32,000 nucleotides of DNA from an uncultured Alphaproteobacteria bacterium. Its GTDB lineage: Bacteria > Pseudomonadota > Alphaproteobacteria > Rhizobiales > Kaistiaceae. The stretch's first letter is position 1; each line of letters opens with the position of its first letter. Both the position numbers and the translations under genes were made by a program. Below, in pieces: positions 1-6,654 of this stretch. Below the pieces are notes generated by a model. It worked only from the letters and a program-made list of their open reading frames with translations. It made no database searches and was not told where the DNA came from. The stretch covers positions 93,690 through 125,689 of the forward strand of contig CAWATX010000001.1 of NCBI GenBank assembly GCA_963785065.1. Direction: 5' to 3'.

Positions 1-1471
1 TCACGAGAGCCGACTCGGTGATCTCAATTTCGAGGCGCTCTGGCGGAAACCCCGTCTCCGACAAGATCGAAAGAATCTTTGCGGTCAACAGAGGATCGCC
101 AAGATGTCTAGGCGAGACATTGAGGGCGATCGTGATCTCGGGTGACCAGTTGCGTGCGTCGAGACAGGCGCGGCGTAAGAGCGAGTAGGTCAGCTCCGCG
201 ATCAGGCCGAGCTTCTCCACGACCGGGATGAAGAGCTCTGGCTCGACGTCTCCTCGTGTCGGATGATGCCAGCGCGCCAGGATTTCGAAACCGACGAGGC
301 GCTTTTCGGCCAGTTGCATCAGCGGCTGGTATTGCGGTTGGATGTCCTCGTTCGCGACTGCCGAGCGAATATCTTCTTCCAGTGCCAGGCGAGCCCTCAG
401 AGCATCCTCCATGCTCCGCTGGAAGAACCGATGGGTGCCGCGGCCTTCTTCCTTGGCGCGATACATCGCCATATCGGCGGCGCGCAGCAGCGTTTCCGGA
501 TCGGTCCCGTCCATCGGACAGATGGCAATTCCGATGCTAGCACCGACATCGACGCATCGATCGCCGATGCTGATCGGGCGCCCGACGGCATCAATGATCC
601 GATCTGCGAGCGTGGCCGCGGCGGCGGCAGGCTCTTCATCAGAATTGGCGGAGTGCATGATCAGGGCAAATTCATCGCCTCCCAGGCGCGCGACCGTGTC
701 GCCTACCCTGGCAACCGCGCCGATCCGAGTTGCAACCTCGCGCAGGACATCGTCGCCGGCTTGATGACCGTAGATATCGTTGACCGGCTTGAAACGGTCG
801 AGGTCGAGGCTCAGAACTGCGAATTGCGGACCACCACGAGCGGCCTGCAATCTCGCAGTTTCGAGCACTTCGGCAAAGACCCGTCGATTGGGCAGGCCGG
901 TCAACGCATCGTGCCGGGCAAGTGACTGCGCGAGTCTCTGAGCCTCCTCGGCTGCCTTATGGGCCTTTTCAAGTGCGGCAACGTGTTTGCGATAGGTCTG
1001 CTCTTTCTCCTCAGACGCGCGCGCTTCGGCCTCCTTGAGGCTGGTAATGTCGGTGTCCGTACCGATGATCCGGGCAACGCTGCCGTCGGAGTTCCACCCG
1101 ACCGGCTTGCCGCGGCTCAGAATCCAGATGTAGTGCCCGTCCCGATGTTGCTCGCGGTATTCGAAAGAATTCTGGGGCAATTCGCCCGAATTCTGTTGAT
1201 CGGTTTGTTTGATGATGCGCTCGCAATCGTCGGGATGGACGCGCGCCAACCAAGCATCGCGCGAGCTATCGATCGTCTCATCCAGACCGAAGCCGCGCAT
1301 CTGCCGCCACATGCGCGAGTAGAAGGCCTTGCCATGCTTCAGGTCGTGGTCCCAGACACCCTGACCGGCGCCTTCGAGCGCAAAGTTCCAGCGGCTCTCG
1401 CTCTCGGCAAGCGCCGTCTCGATGTGCTTTCGTTCGGTGACGTTGCGGGCGACTCCAACGACGCCAATCAC
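1..1471 (-). CDS. PAS-GGDEF-EAL c-di-GMP signalling protein, partial. The C-terminus runs off the left edge and the N-terminus appears truncated.
   Basis: This is my own minus-strand translation; the frame is absent from the ORF track because it has no stop inside the window. PAS region: NVTERKHIETALAESESRWNFALEGAGQGVWDHD. I-site RxxD plus GGDEF: RVGDTVARLGGDEFALIM, with the GGDEF codons at 668-682. EAL domain (EIL variant): LVGFEILARWHHPTRGDVEPELFIPVVEKLGLI ... RLEIEITESALV, reaching position 2. The first usable start is GTG at 1469-1471. The frame is closed upstream by TGA at 1613-1615. Confidence 0.8.
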   Translation of the reverse strand, partial: MIGVVGVARNVTERKHIETALAESESRWNFALEGAGQGVWDHDLKHGKAFYSRMWRQMRGFGLDETIDSSRDAWLARVHPDDCERIIKQTDQQNSGELPQNSFEYREQHRDGHYIWILSRGKPVGWNSDGSVARIIGTDTDITSLKEAEARASEEKEQTYRKHVAALEKAHKAAEEAQRLAQSLARHDALTGLPNRRVFAEVLETARLQAARGGPQFAVLSLDLDRFKPVNDIYGHQAGDDVLREVATRIGAVARVGDTVARLGGDEFALIMHSANSDEEPAAAAATLADRIIDAVGRPISIGDRCVDVGASIGIAICPMDGTDPETLLRAADMAMYRAKEEGRGTHRFFQRSMEDALRARLALEEDIRSAVANEDIQPQYQPLMQLAEKRLVGFEILARWHHPTRGDVEPELFIPVVEKLGLIAELTYSLLRRACLDARNWSPEITIALNVSPRHLGDPLLTAKILSILSETGFPPERLEIEITESALV

Positions 1472-1484
1472 ATGGTCGTCGTCA

Positions 1485-1931
1485 TCACGCAGAGGCGCCT
1501 TGGATGTCGATAGCCACGTCCACCTGTTCCACCGGCGGCGCTGCGAATGTCTGCTCGAGCTGCCGGCGTGATGCGCGGCTGCTTTCGACGATGTAGTCGT
1601 TGCGTGGGATAGTCAGCCGCAACGGCGGCAACCGACTGCCGAAATCGAAGGTGACCGACGGCCCTTGCGGCTTCGGCGCCGGCGGCGGTGTACGCGCGCC
1701 ACGCTGTGGCTCCACCGCACCGATCAGCACCTCGACGCTGCCGTCCCGGTTCTTCCGGTAGCGCTGGAGGATGTTGCCGCTGGCGTCCTTGATGGTCACC
1801 ACCTGGGCGCCGTCCGGACGGGCGACAGTCGTTGTAAGGGTGCCGTTGGGGCCTTTCTGTTCGTTGACCTTTCCGCCCAGCCGGACGACCCCTTCTATCG
1901 CGCACTCGCTGCGGCGCTGATTTTGTAGAAC
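1485..1931 (-). pseudogene. Internal fragment of an OmpA-family (rhizobial OmpA-like outer-membrane) protein, lacking both the N-terminus and the C-terminal OmpA domain.
   Basis: The open frame runs from a TGA (plus strand 1932-1934) to a stop at 1485-1487. It reads ...TTTVARPDGAQVVTIKDASGNILQRYRKNRDGSVEVLIGA...LRLTIPRNDYIVESSRASRRQLEQTFAAPPVEQVD. From memory, this matches the repeat and linker region that precedes the OmpA domain in Rhizobiales OmpA-like proteins (RPDG..VT..D..G.LLRR..., IPR..YIVE..., APPVE). No OmpA domain follows. Confidence 0.4.
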
Positions 1932-2046
1932 TCAAAGCTACTACTCGAATTTCCGATTTGCGGCCGCGGCGGTGTCGCCGACCGACCCGAGCCACCAACC
2001 TCATGATGTGCCCGGCGCAATCTGGTGCGGTGACGTTCCGGTCCAC

Positions 2047-2092
2047 TTGAAGACGCCCTCACGCTGGATTATCCTATGGGGGAGGATAGGAT
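2047..2092 (+). promoter_or_regulatory. Putative dmeR-dmeF promoter with an RcnR/DmeR-type operator.
   Basis: TTGAAG (2047-2052), a 17-nt spacer, then TATCCT (2070-2075). A perfect 7-bp inverted repeat, ATCCTAT (2071-2077) and ATAGGAT (2086-2092), flanks a G-tract (GGGGGAGG). AT-rich arms around a G/C tract are the known architecture of RcnR-type operators. The site overlaps the -10 element. Confidence 0.55.
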
Positions 2093-2097
2093 ATAAA

Positions 2098-2364
2098 ATG
2101 ACCGAGAAACATGCGAGCCATCCGGCCATCGTCAAGCGCCTGAAGCGTGCCGAAGGGCATCTTCATGCGGTTATCGGCATGTTCGAGAACGAGCGCAGTT
2201 GCCTTGACCTGGCGCAGCAACTCCACGCGGTGGAGAATGCTGTCGCCAACGCCAAGCGCGAGCTCATCCACGATCATATCGAGAATTGCCTCGACGATCC
2301 CGACGGTGCCCTGAGCGGCAAGGCCGCCCTCGGCGAACTGAAGGCGATCACCAAGTATCTGTGA
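2098..2364 (+). CDS. dmeR: CsoR/RcnR-family metal-sensing transcriptional repressor (DmeR-like, Co/Ni type).
   Basis: 88 aa, starting MTEKHASHPAIVKRLKRAEGHLHAVIGMFENERSCLDLAQQLHAVENAVANAKRELIHDHIENC. The H..C..H..H ligand pattern fits the RcnR/DmeR class. A CDF transporter follows immediately, as in the known dmeRF operons. Confidence 0.85.
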   Translation: MTEKHASHPAIVKRLKRAEGHLHAVIGMFENERSCLDLAQQLHAVENAVANAKRELIHDHIENCLDDPDGALSGKAALGELKAITKYL

Positions 2365-2371
2365 GGGCAGC

Positions 2372-3364
2372 TTGCTTCAGGCACTGAAGGAATGGTTCGG
2401 CTTTGTCGCGCCGTACCAACATGGGCATCATCATGATGGCCATCACCATGATCATGGGCATGGGCGTGGCCACAGCCATACCCACGGCGTTGTCGATCCG
2501 ACGATTGCCACGACCAGCCGGGGCATCTTCGCCATCAAATGATCGTTCATCCTGCTGGCGGTCACGGCGGCCCTTCAGATGGCGGTCGTTGCCGTCTCGG
2601 GCAGCGTCGCGCTGCTTGCCGACACCATCCACAACATCGGCGATGCGACGACCGCCATCCCGCTGTGGATCGCCTTCCTGCTGGCGCGGCGCAAGCCGAC
2701 CGCAACCTTCACTTATGGCTACGGGCGGGTGGAGGACCTTGCCGGGATCATCATCGTGCTGGTCATCCTGTTCAGCGCACTGGTCGCTGGCTACGAGGCG
2801 GTCGCCCGCTTCATTCACCCACAACCAATCGGTCATCTCGGCTGGGTGGCGCTCGCCGGCCTGATCGGGTTCGCAGGAAACGAAGCTGTGGCGGTGTTCC
2901 GCATCCGGGTGGGACGCGAGATCAACAGCGCGGCGCTGATGGCCGACGGCTATCACGCCCGCACCGACGGCCTCACAAGTCTGGCGGTCGTTGTTGGCGC
3001 TGCGGGCGTCTGGCTGGGCTTCCCTCTCGCCGATCCCATCATTGGCCTGCTGATCACGCTGGCAATCTTCGGCATCGTCCGGCAATCGGCCAAGGCGGTG
3101 CTGACGCGCATGCTGGATGGCGTCGAGCCCGACGTGATTGAGCAGATCCGGCATGCTGCCGAGCATGTCCCGGGCATCCGCCTTGAGCAGACGAAAGCTC
3201 GCTGGCTTGGCCATCGCCTCCATGCCGACATCACCGTCAGCTTTGATCAGAACATTTCGGTTGGGGAGGCGACGATTCTTACCGACCGCCTGAGGGAAGT
3301 CTTGCGCGACCACCTCCAGGCCCTCGAAGACGCGTCGATTGGCTTGTCAGGGAGACGCCGGTAA
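2372..3364 (+). pseudogene. dmeF: DmeF-like cation diffusion facilitator (Co/Ni efflux) interrupted by an in-frame TGA at 2540-2542. The longest uninterrupted ORF is 2579-3364.
   Basis: The frame of ORF 2579-3364 stays open upstream and encodes a typical His-rich CDF N-terminus: LLQALKEWFGFVAPYQHGHHHDGHHHDHGHGRGHSHTHGVVDPTIATTSRGIFAIK. TGA follows, then SFILLAVTAALQMAVVAVSGSVALLADTIHN, which is TM1. A TTG start at 2372 has GAGGG 4-5 nt upstream. Restarting at ATG 2579 would remove half of TM1. Confidence 0.7.
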
Positions 3365-3557
3365 CGCAGGCTACCGCATATCCGTGATACGGACGACCAG
3401 GGCCGAACGCGCTCGGTCTGCAATGTTCACACCAGCAGCCGCTGTTCTGGTGAAAGATGCGAAACGCCGCCCTCGATTTGGCATAATGCGCCCTATCTCG
3501 TTTGCCCTCGATCGAACGTCGCGTCTACCCCGTTTCAACGCGAGCCGTCACCGAAGC

Positions 3558-3959
3558 TCACCAACTGCAATTTGCGAGCGTCTCGATGACACGGCATTCG
3601 CCTACATGACCACAGGCGCATTCCTCGATCATCCGCTGCAATTCCTCACGCAACGCCGTCAGGCGGGCGATGCGATCCTCGACTTCGGCGAGGCGAGCGG
3701 TGGCGATCCGGTCAGCGGCGGCGCAGGGTTGGTCTGGGTTATCCTGTAGTGCCAGAAGCGCACGGATCGCCTCCACGCCGAAGCCAAGCTCACGCGAGTG
3801 CCTGATAAAGGCGAGCCGGGCCGGCGCATCCTCTCCATAGCGTCGTTGCCGCCCCTCTGTGCGAGACGGCGGCCGAAGAAGGCCGATCTGCTCGTAGTAA
3901 CGGATGGTCGGCACCTTCACCTCGGTGCGTCGGGACAATTCGCCAATCGAGAATGTCAT
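3558..3959 (-). CDS. MerR-family heavy-metal-responsive transcriptional regulator (CadR/ZntR/PbrR-like).
   Basis: N-terminal HTH: MTFSIGELSRRTEVKVPTIRYYEQIGLL. A coiled-coil region follows, then a C-terminal Cys cluster (ECACGHVGEC ... NCS). The gene is divergent from a CDF gene. Confidence 0.9.
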   Translation of the reverse strand: MTFSIGELSRRTEVKVPTIRYYEQIGLLRPPSRTEGRQRRYGEDAPARLAFIRHSRELGFGVEAIRALLALQDNPDQPCAAADRIATARLAEVEDRIARLTALREELQRMIEECACGHVGECRVIETLANCSW

Positions 3960-3969
3960 CAGGAGCCTC

Positions 3970-4000
3970 TTGAACCTCTAGTCACTATAGGGACTACGTT
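3970..4000 (+). promoter_or_regulatory. MerR-type promoter with an over-long 19-bp spacer and a central dyad operator.
   Basis: TTGAAC (3970-3975), a 19-nt spacer, then TACGTT (3995-4000). The dyad is CCTCTAGT-c-ACTATAGG (3975-3991), with arms matching 7 of 8, roughly centred in the spacer. SD AAGGAGG lies at 4011-4017 and the ATG at 4024. Confidence 0.6.
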
Positions 4001-4023
4001 GACCCTGTGAAAGGAGGCGACGC

Positions 4024-4761
4024 ATGGCTGATGATTGCTGCGACCAGTACCAAGACGCCTGCTGCGAGCCGCCACGACTGGTGCTTCCCGCCAAAGGGGC
4101 AAGCGCATCTCAAGCATGCGGAGACGCCTGTTGCTCCGGTGGCGTCCCCGTATTTGACGGAATGAACCGCCGCTACAGGCGGATATTGTGGACGGTCATC
4201 GCCATTAACGGGGCGATGTTCCTGACCGAGATGGTGGCGGGTCAGCTTGCCGGCTCGCAGGCGTTGAAGGCCGACGCCCTCGATTTCATGGCCGACACTG
4301 TTACCTACGGGCTAAGCTTGGCGGTCATCGGTGCAAGCCTGCGCGTGCGCTCCACGGCCGCGTTGTTCAAGGGGCTGTCGCTTTCCGTCATGGCCGTCTG
4401 GGTGTTCGGATCGACCGTCTACCAGACATTTGTCCCCGGCCTTCCCCGTGCGGAGGTGATGGGCGTCATCGCGTTGCTGGCACTCGCAGCGAACCTTGCC
4501 TCGGTCTTGTTGCTGCTCCCCTACAAGGATGGTGATGCGAATGTCCGGTCAGTCTGGCTGTGCTCCCGCAACGATGCCATCGGCAACGTGGTGGTGATGG
4601 CGGCTGCGCTGGGAGTATGGGGCACCGCAACGGCGTGGCCGGACCTGATCGTCGCAGCGTTGATGGCGGGTATCTTCCTCACGTCCTCGATGCAGATCCT
4701 GAAGCAGGCGTGGGGCGAGTATCGGGAGGAACGCGGTCCCAGCACAGAAGCGGCGGAGTAG
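4024..4761 (+). CDS. Short cation-diffusion-facilitator-type metal efflux protein with a Cys-rich N-terminus and no C-terminal cytoplasmic domain.
   Basis: The N-terminus reads MADDCCDQYQDACCEPP...ACGDACCSGG. Six predicted TM segments follow, with ALKADALDFMADTV in TM2 and CSRNDAIGNVVV in TM5. The protein ends about 20 aa after the last TM. A strong SD precedes it and it is paired with the MerR regulator. Confidence 0.75.
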   Translation: MADDCCDQYQDACCEPPRLVLPAKGASASQACGDACCSGGVPVFDGMNRRYRRILWTVIAINGAMFLTEMVAGQLAGSQALKADALDFMADTVTYGLSLAVIGASLRVRSTAALFKGLSLSVMAVWVFGSTVYQTFVPGLPRAEVMGVIALLALAANLASVLLLLPYKDGDANVRSVWLCSRNDAIGNVVVMAAALGVWGTATAWPDLIVAALMAGIFLTSSMQILKQAWGEYREERGPSTEAAE

Positions 4762-4917
4762 ATGAGCAGCCCCACCCGCCGAGCTGCTCTGGCCGAGCTT
4801 CCGCAAGGACCAGCCCCGAGAGGCGGGCAGTTCATTGCCCCCAGGCGCACGGTCGGGGGCGAGAACAGCAGCACGGAGACCACCTTGATGAGCCACGACC
4901 ACAAATATCACGCGCGC

Positions 4918-4930
4918 GGAACGGCGTTCC
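4918..4930. promoter_or_regulatory. Perfect palindrome GGAACGGCGTTCC about 155 bp upstream of trbB (candidate operator).
   Basis: The motif has the form GGAAC-N3-GTTCC. The same form occurs twice in the TetR/SDR intergenic region at 28139-28151 and 28161-28173. Confidence 0.3.
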
Positions 4931-5083
4931 CGTAGCCGGCTTTCGATCGTCCTGCTCGCCTGTCTTTCTGTCCCAGACCCCTCCGGCCTTCACAAGGTTG
5001 TTGCAGAAGCGCGTTTCCGGCTCTTTCTAATCAACCCCGCTGACATCTGGACCTCCGCGTGAGGCCAACTTGCGGGGTTCATC

Positions 5084-6049
5084 GTGACGACGATCTCCTT
5101 CCGGTCCGAAGTGTTTGCTCGCGGCGCACGCATGCTGCGCACTGCGCTTGGGCCAGCCATCTCCGGCTACCTCGAAGACCCGACCATCGTCGAGGTCATG
5201 CTCAACCCGGATGGCCGCCTCTGGATCGACCGGCTGTCGAGTGGACTGGAAGACACCGGCTCCCGCCTCGCGCCCGACGACGCCGAGCGCATCGTGCGCC
5301 TGGTGGCCCACCATGTCGGTGTCGAGGTACATGCGGGCAGCCCACGCGTGTCGGCCGAACTCCCGGAAAGCGGGGAACGATTCGAGGGGCTGGTGCCGCC
5401 GGTGGTGGCGGCACCATGCTTCGCCATCCGGCGGCCAGCCGTCGCCATCTATACCCTCGATGACTACGTCGCCGCTGGCATCATGGTGGCGGCGCAGGCG
5501 GAATATCTCCGCGCGGCGGTGCGCGAGCGCAAGAACGTCCTCGTCGCCGGTGGCACCAGCACGGGCAAGACGACGCTGGTCAACGCGATTCTCGCCGAGA
5601 TTGCCAAGACCGGCGATCGCATCGTGCTCATCGAAGATACACGCGAGCTGCAATGCGCCGCGCCGAACCTCGTGGCGCTGCGCACCAAGGACGGCGCCGC
5701 CTCGCTCTCCGACCTGGTTCGTTCCTCGCTCCGTCTTCGCCCCGACCGCATCCCGATCGGCGAGGTGCGCGGCGGCGAAGCGCTCGACCTCCTCAAGGCC
5801 TGGGGCACTGGTCATCCCGGCGGCGTCGGTACGTTACACGCCGGGTCCGCCATCGGAGCCCTCCACCGGCTGGAGCAACTCATCCAGGAGGCGGTGGTGA
5901 CAGTCCCGCGCGCCCTCATCGCTGAGACCATCAACGTCATCGCCGTTCTTGCCGGCCGCGGCGCGGCCCGCCGCCTTACCGAGCTCGCGGCGGTGAAGGG
6001 CCTCTCCTCCAACGGCGACTACGTCCTTACCCCAGCAGGAGAACCATGA
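5084..6049 (+). CDS. trbB: P-type conjugative transfer ATPase TrbB (VirB11 family).
   Basis: GTG start. Walker A is GGTSTGKTT, followed by [17 protein letters not shown] and [10 protein letters not shown]. It is the first gene of a coupled trb operon. Confidence 0.93.
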   Translation: MTTISFRSEVFARGARMLRTALGPAISGYLEDPTIVEVMLNPDGRLWIDRLSSGLEDTGSRLAPDDAERIVRLVAHHVGVEVHAGSPRVSAELPESGERFEGLVPPVVAAPCFAIRRPAVAIYTLDDYVAAGIMVAAQAEYLRAAVRERKNVLVAGGTSTGKTTLVNAILAEIAKTGDRIVLIEDTRELQCAAPNLVALRTKDGAASLSDLVRSSLRLRPDRIPIGEVRGGEALDLLKAWGTGHPGGVGTLHAGSAIGALHRLEQLIQEAVVTVPRALIAETINVIAVLAGRGAARRLTELAAVKGLSSNGDYVLTPAGEP

Positions 6050-6372
6050 TGCGCATCACCCGCACTCGCTGTGCGCTCGCCGCGGCGTCGGCCTTCGCCT
6101 TCGTCGCTCTCGCGGCCGCGCCGGCCTATGCGGCCGGCACGAACATGCCCTGGGAGCAGCCGCTCAACCAGATCCTGGAAAGCGTCGAAGGCCCCGTCGC
6201 CAAGGTGCTCTCCGTCATCATCATCATCATTACGGGCCTGACGCTCGCCTTTGGCGAGACCGCCGGTGGCTTCCGGCGGCTGATCCAGATCGTTTTCGGT
6301 CTCTCGATCGCCTTTGCCGCCTCCAGCTTCTTCCTGAGCTTTTTCCAGTTCGGCGGCGGGGTGCTGGTGTGA
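6046..6372 (+). CDS. trbC: TrbC/VirB2 pilin precursor.
   Basis: 108 aa with a signal peptide (...AAAPAYAA) and two hydrophobic helices. ATGA overlap with the trbB stop. Confidence 0.85.
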   Translation: MMRITRTRCALAAASAFAFVALAAAPAYAAGTNMPWEQPLNQILESVEGPVAKVLSVIIIIITGLTLAFGETAGGFRRLIQIVFGLSIAFAASSFFLSFFQFGGGVLV

Positions 6373-6641
6373 TGGAGCAGGATACGCCCATCACCGGCTT
6401 CTATGCGCCCATCCACCGCGCACTGACCGAACCGATCCTTCTCGGCGGCGCGCCGCGCGCGGTCGCGATCGTCAACGGGACGCTCGCCGCCGCGATCGGC
6501 CTTGGGCTTCGGCTCTGGGTCGCCGGCGTGGTGATCTGGCTCATCGGCCATCTCGCCGCCGTCTGGGCAGCAAAGCGCGATGCCGCCTTCGTCGACGTCG
6601 TCCGCCGGCACCTCCGCTATCCGCAGCACATGGTCGCGTGA
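6369..6641 (+). CDS. trbD: TrbD (VirB3-like) conjugal transfer protein.
   Basis: 90 aa, with PIHRALTEPILLGGAPR and TM helices. The likely start is ATG 6372, overlapping the trbC TGA (TGATG). Confidence 0.85.
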   Translation: MMEQDTPITGFYAPIHRALTEPILLGGAPRAVAIVNGTLAAAIGLGLRLWVAGVVIWLIGHLAAVWAAKRDAAFVDVVRRHLRYPQHMVA

Positions 6642-6654
6642 GGCTCACGTCGTG

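Noticed and set aside
2420-2485. A CAT/CAC-rich run that looks like a microsatellite.
   Set aside because: It is in frame with the CDF gene and encodes the His-rich metal-binding leader typical of DmeF-type transporters.
4762-4935. A 57-codon plus-strand ORF (MSSPTRRAALAELPQGP...) in the gap upstream of trbB, at first suspected to be a small RHH regulator or a traG tail.
   Set aside because: It has no SD, no recognisable fold signature and mediocre codon bias. I cannot support it without a homology search.
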